From assembly GCA_964016885.1 (NCBI GenBank), contig OZ024742.1:77872001-77936000 (forward strand): a stretch of DNA of 64,000 nucleotides. The letters are read 5' to 3'. Every line of letters begins with the position of its first letter. Within the stretch, counting starts at the first letter, position 1. Positions 41,164 through 55,594 of this stretch are shown one piece after another. The position numbers were made by a program, and so were the translations under genes. A model generated the notes under the pieces. The model made no database searches. It had not been told where the DNA came from and saw only the letters and a program-made list of their open reading frames with translations. The stretch comes from Eledone cirrhosa (taxonomy: Eukaryota).

Positions 41164-42610
41164 GTAAGTATGTATGTATACGTACATACATATATGTATA
41201 CAGACGTACAGTAGTATGTATATATGTATACATACATGCACACATATATATATGTACGTATCGGTTTACCGAACATTTATTATAATGTTCAGTTTGTTTG
41301 TAACCAAACAGCCCGAATTACGCCGTACAGTGTTCAGGCAACCATCGTCGCATTTTTGTTCAACACTGACACAGGAATGATGTACTAGTTTCAAGCTTAT
41401 TAGCTATCGTCAGCATCGTATACCTTTCTGCCAGATGATTGAACGTCTGAAAGTATATAATTTCCTTATGCATATTAACGGCTGAGCAGCATAATTTGCA
41501 TATCGAGTGAGTTAGTCGGCCGGGCGCACCGAAAGCGATAAATGGAAAAGAATGAAACGAAATTTCATTTCTCACTCTTAGTACGGCTGGTACCTAAATG
41601 TAAGTATGTATGTATACGTACATACATATATATATACAGACGTACAGTAGTATGTATATATATACATACATGCACACATATATATATGTACGTATGTGTT
41701 AACCGAACATTTATTATAATGTTCGGTTTGTTTGTAAACAAACAGCCCGAGTTACGCCGTACGGTGTTCAATTCGATATGCAAATTGGGCTGCTCAGCCG
41801 TTAATATACATGAGGAAAGTATATACTTTCAGACGTTCAATCATCTGGCAGGAAGGTATACGATGCTGACGATAGCTAATAAGCTTCAAAATAGTATACC
41901 GTTCCTGTGTCAGTGTTGAACATAAAGGCGACGATGGTTGCCTGAACACTGTACGGCGTAATTCGGGCTGTTTGTTTACAAACAAACTGAATATTATAAT
42001 AAATGTTCGGTAAATCCATACGTACATATATATATGGGTACATGTATGTATATACACACATACTAATGTACGTCTGTATACATATATGTATGTACGTATA
42101 CATACATACGTACATTTAAGTATCAAGCGTACTATGAGTGAGAAATGAAATTTTGTTTCATTCTTTTCCATTTATCGCTTTCGGTGCGCCCGGCCGACTA
42201 ACTCACTGGATATGCAAATTAGGCTGCTCAGCCGTTAATATGCATAAGGAAAGTATATACTTTCAGGCGTTCAATCATCTGGCAGGAAGGTATACGAAGC
42301 TGACGATAGCTAATAAGCTTGAAACTAGTACATTGTTCCTGTGTCAGTGTTGAACAAAAAGGTGACGATGGTTGCCTGAACACAGTACGGCGTAATTCGG
42401 ACTCTTTGTTTACAAACAAACCAAACAGTATAATAAATGTTCGGTAAAGCCCTACGTACATATATATATATGTGTGTATGTATGTATATAATTATACATA
42501 CTACTGTACGTCTGTATACATATATGTATGTACGTATACATACATACTTACCTTTAAGTATCAGCCGTACTAAGGGTGAGAAATGAAATTTCGTTTCATA
42601 TTCTCCATTT
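41160..42610. mobile_element. Retrozyme-like ~434-bp units arranged as two inverted arrays (41160-41770 and 41771-42610)
   Basis: Same family as 19193-19993. Hammerheads at 41379-41417 (-), 41861-41900 (+, degenerate) and 42295-42335 (+). Confidence 0.85.
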
Positions 42611-43249
42611 ATATATATATACACCTTCTCATATATATATATGTATTAGAATGTGTGTACATATCTATCTTTATATATTCGAACATTCACATACATATAG
42701 TAGTTAACTCGTACACACGTATATCAATTTTTCGGATGCAGATAACGGCGTGTTCTGTGTATGCATACTTATAAATGACATTATGTATCAACGTGATTTT
42801 CTGTGTATAGAATGTCTATAGTTCAATAACGATTCTGACATAAAATTGTAAAAGATGGGTCACAGAAAGAAAAATCTATCACTGGAGCGACAAATTTAAT
42901 TAGATGTTTGCGAAAACATTAAAGGACATATAAAATCAATTCATTGGAGAGATAGGGCGAAGTAAATAAACACAATTAGACATATGTATATATATATACA
43001 TACATACATTGATATATATATATATATATATAAGCACTGAAGATACGTAACAAACAAAGAGCAAGTAAAAAACATATTATAACAAATCAAGTAATGAAAG
43101 CCTATGAAAACAGAAGAAACAAAATAGAAGAGAATAAATATATCTCAAAGCAGATTAGGGATATTCATTTTCACAAAACTCACTGAGACGTATTATTAGT
43201 CGTCTAGAGAGAATGTGAATATATATCTCAATATGTATATACATATCTT

Positions 43250-43348
<99 letters not shown>

Positions 43349-43379
43349 ATATATATATTTATATATAATATTTACATAT

Positions 43380-43552
43380 AATATAGGAATGGCTTCTACA
43401 GGACTAGAACTGTTTCATTCGGGAGAAATCATCAGGAAGCCCATGATTTCTCCCGAATGAAACAGTTCTAGTCCTGTAGAAGCCATTTCTATATTAAGTA
43501 TGTATATGCTGCCATGTCTTGATGTTTACCCCCGATTTAACCCGGGATAAAT

Positions 43553-43555
<3 letters not shown>
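43380..43555. mobile_element. Mini foldback element (arms ~43380-43432 / 43443-43496, tail to ~43555) with hammerhead 43393-43439 (-)
   Basis: cuuc-CUGAUGA-uuuc uccc gaau-GAAA-cag uucuaguc cug-UA-gaag. Relatives at 5551-5610 and 54209-54268. Confidence 0.8.
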
Positions 43556-44089
<534 letters not shown>

Positions 44090-44798
44090 GAGATTACATG
44101 AAACAAAGTTCTGTTTAAATCATTTATCTGCTTACAATTGTTTCTTCCAAACCGAGGTGTGGATTCTTCGGAGCAATTATTCAGTGATTTATACATACTT
44201 GACCTCTTTTTCAACACAAGAGACATATAGAAACATATGTATATATTGACCCACAGTGGGTTGACATCCATTATAATAATATAGCAAGGTAATTTACATA
44301 CAAAGATTACAGTCATATTAAAGGACAGAATAAAAATAAAAATAAAACATTGGCAGTCTACTAAGATAAAGCAAAAGGAAAGTTTGGAGTAGCCAGTGTA
44401 TGCAACAGTCACACGTGTGGCATGCACGCGTGTCTTATTTATACAAGATTATAGTGCGGCAGATTGTTACAAGTAAAACAAGCAGTCAAAGCAGGCAATC
44501 AAGAGCATCATGGGGGCGAACTGGTTAAGCATTATTTACACACACCTGTACGATATAGAAGCCCGTGTGTGGAGAAACACCAAAAATATCAAAAATATTA
44601 CAAATGAGAAGCAAAACAGCACCACTCCTCGTACACACCACCACTCTCACAATCCAGGAAACGCAATTTATAGACTACATTCCCATCTCACAATCCACGA
44701 TGATTCAACATTGGGTGCCTGGTGAACCATGCTAGAACATCACAGCTTGTCGTTCTTTAATTCGATTCATAGATCAGGTTGTTTTTGTTGTGAGAGAT

Positions 44799-45089
44799 GA
44801 CATCGTATTATATTCCGGAAGTGTGTGTGTGATTAAGGGGTGTTAATGCGTAAGGGGAGGTAACTAGCTGATTTCTATAGTTAAATTTATTATCCTAAAG
44901 TACATTAATTGTGTCTCAAATGAGTTCCCATCATATAAGGTTATAAATGGTTATGATGGGAACTCCTTTGAGAGAACCATTAATGTACTTTAGGATAATA
45001 AATTTAACTATAGAAATCAGCTAGCTACCTCCCCTTACGCATTAACTCCCCTTAATCACACACATACTTCCGGAATATAATACGATGTC
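44799..45089. repeat. Inverted repeat, ~136-bp arms, ~17-bp spacer; no hammerhead core found
   Basis: gacatcgtattatattccggaag...gagttcccatcata pairs with tatgatgggaactc...cttccggaatataatacgatgtc. Confidence 0.85.
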
Positions 45090-45127
45090 GGTTTTAGTAT
45101 ATACATAACCATAAATAGTATCCTTAA

Positions 45128-45176
<49 letters not shown>

Positions 45177-45540
45177 GGAAAGTACAAAAATAACAACACA
45201 ATATATATATATATGAAAATATTCAAGACCCCGACGGCAGAGCTCATATATATACATACATAGGAAAAGAGGCAGGACCCCGACGGCTGAGCTCCGGCCG
45301 GTTCGACAGCTAGATCCGAACTACAATATATATACTATAAGTGATTTAGTGAAATATTAGTGGTGGTACCAATATGACACACGAGAGTCGGCTAAATATA
45401 AAGGATTGAAGCAAGAGCTTTGAAATCTTGCATGCATTAATTTCAAATTTTATTATTAACTGCATTGATTCTTGTTGAAAAATAGATTTTCATTCCATGA
45501 AAACTATGAACTTTTCACCCGACACTCACATTGACCTGTT

Positions 45541-45760
45541 ACGTGTGTTCGCCAGGTGATTGCCTGAAAGCTACCCATGGAACTTATTGACCAGACTCCA
45601 GCAACGAGCAGATCATCAGACTGATGATTCAACAAAAATTAAATGTTTGAGGTAATCGATAATGTTTGTTGAATAACCAGTCTCATTACAAGATCGATGC
45701 TTGAGACGGGTCTATAACTTCCATGTGTGGGCTTGAGCCAATCATATGCGAAACGCACGT
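45541..45760. other. Long imperfect hairpin (100-bp ungapped arms, ~73% complementary)
   Basis: Manual alignment of 45541-45640 against the reverse complement of 45661-45760. Confidence 0.75.
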
Positions 45761-48006
45761 ACCACATCGTTATATTAGAGGAGAAAAAAGGTATGACATC
45801 GGTTTGGAATTCAGAAATCTGGTAACCAATCAGACAAGCAGTCGATTCTGTGAGTGTTTACTTAGCAAGTGACATTTCTAACTGTTCTCAATTGGGTACA
45901 TGATTTTCTGTTTTCTGATTGCCCCTTGATAATATTTAATTTCTCTGAAAATATATCATGCCATGTAGCGCCTGGTTGTCTATGTATGTCCAATGCAATG
46001 CTATCTTAGTATACTAATAATTTGACTGGCAGGTACATTCCTCGTATCTTTAACACATATTGATACATTGTTTCACATCTTTTTACTTATATGAACAAAC
46101 AACTTAGATGAAGACATCCATCATTTTCGCCATTTTTGCAGTTATTTTCTACGTTGCACTAAACAATAGTACTATTGATAGTATGGTGCCCGTGTGCAGT
46201 CGGGTCTACCTATATTTATCCGGTGTCTTCGTTGAACATATTTTATACATTCGCTGAAATACTACCGTCACTTTTATGACGCTGTATTTGATATTAGTTT
46301 CAGTAATGAAGATTAACGAAGTATATGACCTAAATAATGGATGAGTGAGGTAGTATCTCCCTTTATATTGAAATCAATATTAATTATGGGCACTGTCAAC
46401 ATTTTGAGGCAGAATGAGGATATCTGCGAATACTATTTTGTAGATGCTATTAGAAGTAATATGGCAAATGATAAAAATTACAAAACTACATTTTTGATAA
46501 GTCAATTTTTTATTTGCATTTTATCATCTTTTATTTTGTTTCTAGTCTAACAGCACTAAACAATTTGTGCCAGTTTAGTAACATGCACCATACCATCGTA
46601 TGCCGATATCTAAACATATCGCTTCAGCAGCCTTCGTTAGATAAAGAAACACATTGAGCATTTGATCGGTATTTAGACAGCTTTTAGTCATTAGATTGGC
46701 GATTCACTTAAAGTAATAATATTTTGAACTATTAATTCACTTCCTAACAATAATTCCATTAGCCGAACGCTAATACCAATCTTACATTAAATTTGCGATT
46801 ATGTAAATATGACGATCACATAATAATCATCCCCTAAGGGAATCTGAATTCCGTTAATCCATTCCATGCATTGATTTGCAATATGCCCTCAAAAGAAACT
46901 ACCCCTTTCACTATCTCGCCAAAATCAGTTTTACTGTAATAATTAAATTTCAAAACCATTCTATTTAATACACCAATAATGAAGCTGGAGGCCATTTGCA
47001 TTTAAGTTGTTTGAAAGTTTTCGATTGTTCCCTAGATAAATCTGTATATCTTTCATATAATTTTTTTTATTGTATTTTGCTTCTGGTATTTAGGATGATT
47101 TGCTGCATAATCACTAATACGGCTTCATCTCAAATATTTTTTATTTCATTTTTATTTTCAGAAACCAAATTATTTCTTTTTGTTTTCCCACCCAAGTTCA
47201 CACATTCTGACACTAAACGTCAATAGCCATGCCAAAACAGAATATTAACTTTTTATCAGAAATCAGGATATTAATTTGAAACATTCGTATTTGACCTGAT
47301 CAAAACAATTAGAAACATGGAATCTCATTCAAAGATTTTATTACAAAGTCTTTCAGGCTTTTATTCAGGTTTTAATTTTCTTTCAGTCCCTTTAATCTAT
47401 TTATTCTATCAACGGAATGAAAACCAGTTACTTTCCCTTTTCCTCGCTCTCTCTTTCCATATTTCTATTTCAATCACCCTCCCGATTTATGTTCATGTCT
47501 CTCTTCATTTCTGTACAGTTGCCTCTATATCACCATCTTTCAATAAACAAAGGCACACGTCATACAAGCGACACAGTTCCTTAGCTAAATCAATAAAATA
47601 TATCAATATTTATGGCGCAGATATACAGAAGTTAGGTGGGGTTTTTTTTACACTACAGAAAATAGTATGAAGTTAGTTATAGGATATATGGAGTCAGGCG
47701 TGTAGATATAAAAGGGAGTAGAGAGAGCTATTTTCTAAGGCTATAAACAGTATGATGGATGCTCAAAAACTTATACTGATATGAAGGATTCATGTGTAAA
47801 GTATTGCTTCAATCGAATAAATGAATCCTATTATATAATTTAATTATCTCAATGATATATGGAAAATGTTTCCCGGGTGCCGAATATTGGTTTACGTTTT
47901 CATATTGGCAAAAAGCTATCAACTTGTATTGAGGAGTAATTTTGTCGACTGACACCCCTTTATAAGGCAGCTCATATTGTTTGACAAATGTGAAGTCGGT
48001 GCAAAT

Positions 48007-48326
48007 CAGGGTTTCCCAACCTGGGCGATTTCAACTTTTTGGCGGGCGGTGAGCAACTAAACAGAAGATTGGAGTTTTGGTAGATGATATAGAATTATGA
48101 GTATTAAGAAGGTATTTCAACATACGCTACCCGAAATAAATATTCAAAGGAGATATATAAAGAACCTGTATCAAACAAAGCAGGGGCTAAATGTGAATGA
48201 CGAACTAGTAACAAAATTTTACCAAACAATTTTGGTATGCTTTTGAATATTTACTATACAGGTAAGGGGTGGAACTTTTTGTCATGTGAAAGTGATCTAT
48301 GACGCAAAATAGGTTGGGAACCCCTA
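48007..48326. mobile_element. hAT/Charlie-type MITE
   Basis: TIRs cagggtttcccaacct / aggttgggaaccccta. No clean 8-bp TSD. Confidence 0.6.
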
Positions 48327-49240
48327 ATCGAAACCAATGCACTAATACGTTAAACATTTGTTTGTACGATTAATTATTGTCAACAAAAACGTTGGAGCGA
48401 TATTGGGTTTTAAACAGAAATAGTTTTCAATAGAGGTTCACTCAATCAAAATAAATTTCCTTGTTGGGCAATTAACATATACTTGAACTTTGAACACAAC
48501 GCTTTAATGAATGTATCGTTGTGGGTAATCATCCTAAAATACGACATAACTGTGTGGATGTGTTGGTATTGTAAAATACGTCAAAGGTCTATCCGCTCAT
48601 GATCAAGACGCTTGCAAGAATCTTCATATATGTGCCCATATAAGGCAACATATTAATCATCGAATACACGTTCGTCATAATCTAATATAAGATAATAAAA
48701 AGAAGAGGAAAAAGGTGGATAAAATGGTGAGAAAGAAGAAGTGGTAAAAAGAAGAGGCACAAATTATACCCTTTACATTAGCTGAGCCCTTGTGCTCGAT
48801 TGATGGTCAACGCATTGTCACATAAATCAACCAGCCAAGTCAAGGTTCCTTCTTATGACGTCATGGATGGCGGTATGTCGAAAGAACAAATTTGTTCTGT
48901 GACGCACAAAAGTGAATGCAGTTCAAACTCGTCATCCTTGCATCTAATGGGCTCAAGTGTGGCTCACAAACGTATGATGCAAAGCACAGAGACACTTCAA
49001 AGCAGTGTATTGGTTTATGAAGAGCAAATTTAGCCACAAACTGCTCTTTAATTTTTCTGTGATTACGATGTCAGTTTATCCGAAATTCTTCAAGACAGAA
49101 AATGTGTCGCATACGCATGTTGTTATTAGGATACTACCACCCTACACAAACTGAAATATGTGTTGGTGAAATTTCTCTGATTTGATGTCGCTAGTTAGCA
49201 ACGATGAATACTAGTCAGTTACTCTTATTTACCAACATTG

Positions 49241-49600
49241 TGGATTGGCAGTAGAGAGTCGGACACCATGCTTTGCAGCATAGTTACGGCCCTTTATGAT
49301 CCGAGTTCATATCATTTTTACGGGGTCGATAAAATAAAGTACAAGTAATGTACTGGGTAATTGCTGGCCTTGTGCCAAAAGTAGAAATAATTATTAATCC
49401 TTAAGAGGGCGGTGGATTGGCAGTATCGGTAGAAGGTCGGACGCCATGCTTTGCAGCACAGAGTTACGGCCCTTTATGGTCTGAGTTCAAATCCCGCCGA
49501 GGTTAACTTTGGCTTTTATCCTTACGAGGTTGATAAAATAAAGTACCAGTAATGTACTGGGATAATTGCTGGCCTTGTGGCAAAAGTAGAAACAATTATT
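49241..49600 (+). mobile_element. Two tandem tRNA-derived SINE copies (49241-49395 internally deleted; 49407-49600)
   Basis: A box tggcagtatcggtag, B box gagttcaaatcc, shared 3' end. Confidence 0.85.
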
Positions 49601-51136
49601 AATCCTTTTTGTTACCTATCAGCCTAATACCACCCCTGGATCTATGAAATAAAATCACCCATTATCCTTCCAACTCATTACGTATGTGTTGTCACAGATG
49701 CCTTAACTTCCCAAAGTATAGTCAAGCATCACTACCCCAATGAAACGGCTCTGACAGTGTGGAGGAGCACCATCTGGCGTGCAAAGCCCCGGGTGCTGAC
49801 CACCTAGTTGACCAACTGGAGAGAATGGAAAATGTATTAACCAGAGGGATGGCGAGGAAGATCCATTAGACTAAGCATTCCAACTCACAGGATTTATTAT
49901 TTCCGCGGGTGAGGGGGGCAACTCCACTGGGAGAGGAAGTGGTTTGGCGATTAAAATCGTTGGAAGTTTCCACTGCTACATATTTGACGACAAACCTATC
50001 ATAGAGTGATAGATATTCCTACAGCTTGGGCTTTTCATCTTTTCAGGATGTAAAGCATTGGTGTGTCGGTGAAGGAATCAGCTTGCTGCTTGAATAGGCC
50101 ATTCTTTCATTAACAGATATCATTTCTGTTCTCATGTAATTAACTCGTGTCTTTAACCCTTCATACATTACTCTATATTTACTACTTTATTTTCATGGTA
50201 AAGGCACATAATTATCTCACCTGATATTTAATTTACAAGATTTTGATATTATTTATTTGACATCAATATGAGTAACTGGTTACAGTTGGTTTGAACAGGA
50301 AGAGGTGAGAGAATTCTTGCCGGATATGGCCGGTTTAAATGCTAGAGGGTTAAAAAAAACAACCTGGGTCTCTTAAATCGGGTGTCAAAATAACTATGAC
50401 AGCAACAAATGTATTTGATTTCGAACAGCATACATTCAAAGAAGTATCAGCTAAGTGACATTCTCTGATATTTCAGTGATGTTGAAACGATCAGAAAAGC
50501 ATTGAATGTGCCAGTGGCTACTGATCAGCTATAAGATTACTAGCAGATTATTATGGTTTTAATTTCATTATTAACAATGCTATTCTGTCTCTGAATAAAA
50601 CTCTTCTGAGACGATTCGAAGTGAATCTTTTATCCAACAACCTTTGAAAATAAGAGAAACTATAGAAGTAATACATCATGAATAATAACAAAATAGTAAG
50701 TCAAGGGTTAACATTTAGCTTCTGTATATGATTAATTTCCTTCTTACATGGACATTTGTATTTAGTAAATATTAGATGTTGATTAATTTTGGATAGATTA
50801 TTAGGATACAAGAAGAAAATAAATGCAATGATTATCAAGAAAAGTAAAATATCATAAAATGTACTCATTTAAGCCCCGAAATGTATATACATTGTTTACG
50901 TAGAAATGTTGGATAATTTCACCCTCAATTGAATACATAACCCTAACCTTAACCCTAACCCTAAACATATGATTTATATTCTACGTATCAAGAAATGAAT
51001 GGTAAAATGATTTTTAAGACAATCAAAATCCAGATCATATTTTTGCTTTTCAAATTGGAATATACTGAATTTTTTACAACAAAACTAAGTATGGTGGATA
51101 GTTGGGGATATAATTAACCAACACTGGTGATATCTG

Positions 51137-51329
51137 AATAATTGTTTCTACTTTTGTCATAAGGCCAGCAATTATCCCAGTGCATTACTGGTACTTTAAT
51201 TTATCCACCCCGTATGGATGAAAGGCAAAGTTAATCTCGGCGGGATTTAAACTCAAACCGTACAGGGACGTAACTCTATGTTGGAAAGCATGGTGCCTGA
51301 CCCTCTACCGATACTGCCGATCTACCGCC
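51137..51329 (-). mobile_element. tRNA-derived SINE
   Basis: Reverse complement of the 49407-49600/54734-54922 family. Confidence 0.85.
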
Positions 51330-52049
51330 TTAATGGTCGCATAGTGTAACCGTAGTCTCAAACTGTACGCTTTACTTATTGACTGAACAATATTAATGTT
51401 ATTTATGGAAGTGGTTTTACTGTTATTTCCAATGTTACATTTGGATTTATTAAAGATGTCCTTGAATTTAATAAAGTGGAGTCTATATCTTTTATTGAAG
51501 GGATACTTAAACATGGGTATGAATATACGAGTTAATTACAATTATGCAGCATGTAAAATATGAGGATTAATAAGAGTAGAATCATAACATGATTTCCTTA
51601 TTGATTAGTTGATATAAGCGTTTAAATTAAGTAACGTAAAACGAGATGAAAATGCTAGTAACTGGATAATAGAGTTACTTGTATTTATCCGAGTTATATA
51701 TTGTCACAATACATAAAAATATTCTTTACGCCTAGCATATGTTTTAGATTTGCCTTTTGAGTTTTCATCATGCAGAAAACTGCCTAAGTATCCGTGGGTG
51801 ATTTATTTGTTGAAATCTGATCGTGTCACAACTCGATGGAAAATAAAATAATTCCACTCTATATGTAAGTAAGCTTAAATAACTGTTAACAACTCTGAAA
51901 ATTGAATAATTTTGCATGACAAAAAAATTGATAATTTTTCATGAAGACACAGAAATATATGTATAGAGATACACAAAGACGCACAGAGGGTATTTTACAT
52001 AGATTACACACACATACACAAGCAGACACACACACACACATACAAGCAG

Positions 52050-52085
<36 letters not shown>

Positions 52086-52147
52086 TCATATATATATATA
52101 TATATATACGAAAACACACACATACATATACACACGCATACACCCAT

Positions 52148-52184
<37 letters not shown>

Positions 52185-53550
52185 TGTCTGTGTTCCCCTT
52201 CACAGCCGGAGACAAAAATACAATATGTCTGAAATACAAACTATATTACAATTACGAGAGAAGAATATTAATGTTATACTTTATATAGTTATTTAAAAAA
52301 AGTTTAAAATTTACATTATTCATACATAAACCTTTAAAACATATCAGTGTGAGATGCAAGCCAATATACATAGATTTACATCAGTAAAAAATATCAATTC
52401 ATACATACAAACTTTACTGGGTATTTAAAAGCTTTCATATACATAATCAATGAGTGCAAGTAAATTTATTTAAAATCTCTCATACTGTCGATCTTTTAAA
52501 GAGCAGTTCCAGCTGATGCCGAACCAGTGGATGGATTGCTGTATATGTCAAGCAGTTCTGCTTTCTATACATAATTACATTACTTGTCTGTTTAGTTACC
52601 TAGGCGTTTTTACTGGTAAAAGCATGGTATCTATACATGAAACAGTCAAATCAATTTTGTCTATTCACGTACCTTTTTCAAAATAGCCCAAGTTGACTTT
52701 GTCCTTCAACTATCCGGGTTCAAAGAACAATTAACAGGCATGCACTTGAATCAATTTCATCAACATTATACACCCGCAGAATATATAACTTGGCCTTAAC
52801 AATGCACACATTTTCTTTAACTCGCATGTAGCATTGTATTTGAATTCCATTTTCTTAAAGGATTCTAAACAACATGTCTCGTGAAATACTGTATTGTCTA
52901 CGTTTGGAGGTATGGGGAAATTAAACTCCTTTTCACATAACCTTTTCACATAACTTTTTTTCACACTCTCACAAATTTTCTAAACTTCATATCTTATTCT
53001 TTCACTCCAGTGGGAGATAAAGACTTGCTGCAATTTCTTGTTTATGAAACTCGCTAATCTATGAAACACCGTTGTTAAACCCACATGTTTTGTTTAATTC
53101 TCTGGGAAAATGCTTATGTCTTAAACAGTAGTTATAGGATAATAAAAGAAAAAGTTTGCGAAGCAGTCAAAATTAATTTATTGCATTGTGTTTTAACTTT
53201 CTGACAGCTTTAGTGCTTCCATACATTCACTAATGGTTAGTCTGAATTGCTATTATACTATAACATTTTAAACGCTCTGCAAGGCACACACTCATCATAT
53301 TTCTTGCATTGAAAGAAAACCTGGGAATATATAAAATAACTTTGTCTAGCGACCTGAGCAAGTTTTTTGTCCTTTGTATGTTTTCAAACGCTGCCACTAA
53401 CTCCATCGTTCTCTACTCTGCGAAACGTCTCTCTCTCTGCAAGTGGATATTGTGTCCCTCTTCGAATTTTAAAAATTGTTAAAACATGCGTCATAGCATC
53501 ATCACTCACTCGTAAGTGCCGACAAGGACCAAAATACTTAAAATATGTAT

Positions 53551-53611
<61 letters not shown>

Positions 53612-53799
53612 CAGGAAAGAAGAGGGACACGGTTTGCTATACAAAAAAGGTTTTTTAATCTCATTGCTGCCAGTTGTTTCTCTGAACTGGTAGGTCTAGA
53701 GATCGCTATCCGCTTATTTTCACGTTAGTCGATCGCCAATACAAAGTTATAACTGGACTACACCTAAGTGGACTACCTATAACAATAATTTGTTACCCC

Positions 53800-53961
<162 letters not shown>

Positions 53962-53994
53962 TATATGTAATATATATATATATGTGTGTGTGTG

Positions 53995-54061
<67 letters not shown>

Positions 54062-54085
54062 GTATATATATATACATATGTATGT

Positions 54086-54123
<38 letters not shown>

Positions 54124-54733
54124 ATATATATATATTTATATATTTGTGCGTCTGAGTGTGTGTGTATGTGGGGGGGGGTGCGTGTGTGTGTGTGTTTGTA
54201 TCATGTTTAATATAGAAATGGCTTCTATAGGACAAGAACTGTTTCATTCACAAGAAATCATCAGGAAAGATGGCTGTCCTCGCAAAACTGTTGTAATTAT
54301 GTTTTCTGTGGGTTAAGGAGGATAGGGATTTGAGGAATGGATGGATGTCAATGGCCAAGGAATTTTAAAGAACAGGGATTCTTTGAATAACTATTTCCAG
54401 ATATATACACAATAATACAAAGACTCAGATAGACGACTATGTTCACATTCACACTCACGTACAATTAGACACACATACACACGAATGCCCACACATTTGA
54501 AGGGTCCATATATTTTAAGCGTATATCTATACAAATGAGATTGTTGAGTGACTGAAAATAATCAGACACTGGCCAAAGAATGTTTAGTATCATTGGGTTA
54601 TTGAAACCTGTCAAATCAATTAATGGTCAGGGTGGTGGAATTTGCAACAATAGCGGCAACGCACATACACATAAATACACACACATACACACGTACACAC
54701 ATGCACACATACATACATTATATATATATATAA

Positions 54734-54916
54734 GGCGGTAGATCGGCAGTATCGGTAGAGGGTCGGACGCCATGCTTTCCAGCATAGTTACGTCCCTTTA
54801 CGATCTGAGTTCAAATCCCGCCGAGGTTGACTTTGCCTTTCATCCTTACGGGGTCGATAAAATAAAGTACCAGTAATGCATTGGGTAATTGCTGGCCTTG
54901 TGCCTAAAGTAGAAAC

Positions 54917-54922
<6 letters not shown>
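54734..54922 (+). mobile_element. tRNA-derived SINE
   Basis: ggcggtagatcggcagtatcggtag...gagttcaaatcccgccgagg...gtagaaacaattat. Confidence 0.85.
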
Positions 54923-54960
<38 letters not shown>

Positions 54961-55242
54961 TAAATCATGTCCTTAGAATTATTAGATAAAATATATACCA
55001 TTTCCTCTCCCAATTAGCATAATTAACCATATAAAAAATCAATTAGACCAAGCTATAAGAATAAAGGCTCCTATGAAGAAATTTCCGACAAATAACCGAA
55101 AGCGGCCTCTTCGCGGTGGCCCCGATAGAGTATTTATCCAACATTTTAACAGCATGTAGAAACTGACTAAATATACCGTCAACCATACACAATTAGGTGT
55201 AAATTCAAACTTAGAAGAAATGTGTACATACCGTAATTATAT

Positions 55243-55316
55243 CTCTACCATGGTTTCGTCCGTATTTTTAGACATCCAATAACAGGATACATCCAGAGTA
55301 TCGGACTCATCAGGAG
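55243..55316 (-). ncRNA. Canonical type I hammerhead ribozyme
   Basis: cuc-CUGAUGA-guccg...cggac-GAAA-ccaugg-UA-gag. Confidence 0.85.
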
Positions 55317-55544
55317 TGAACTCAAAATTAGACATTTAATTTTCCAAAGTGATCGCGCCAAAAATAGATTCAAAAATACCTAAGAAACGTGACGTGGCAT
55401 ATATATATATAAATGTAATCTGAGTTTTTCGAGTATTAATAATAATATTCGATTCGTTTGCAATTATGCAAACAAGCCTCTTTTTTTTAAGTCACATCAG
55501 TAGAATGAGCCCCTCATTCTTGCTCTTGTGTTAGCATGTAAACA

Positions 55545-55594
55545 GAACTGCAGACACTAATGTTTCTGGGTATTACCCTTCATCAGTACAGTTC
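55545..55594 (-). ncRNA. Canonical type I hammerhead ribozyme with 8-bp stem I
   Basis: gaacugua-CUGAUGA-agggu aau accca-GAAA-ca uuag ug-UC-ugcaguuc. Confidence 0.85.

Noticed and set aside
46100-47300. Possible decayed hAT transposase
   Set aside because: Only vague motif resemblance; no supportable reading frame.
49407-49500. tRNA gene
   Set aside because: A and B boxes are present but there is no cloverleaf, and multiple copies share a non-tRNA 3' tail, so it is a SINE.
50937-50965. Telomeric (TAACCC)n
   Set aside because: Only ~4 imperfect interstitial units.
52480-53330. Possible decayed coding sequence on minus strand
   Set aside because: Multiple stops and no recognisable motif; needs a translated database search.
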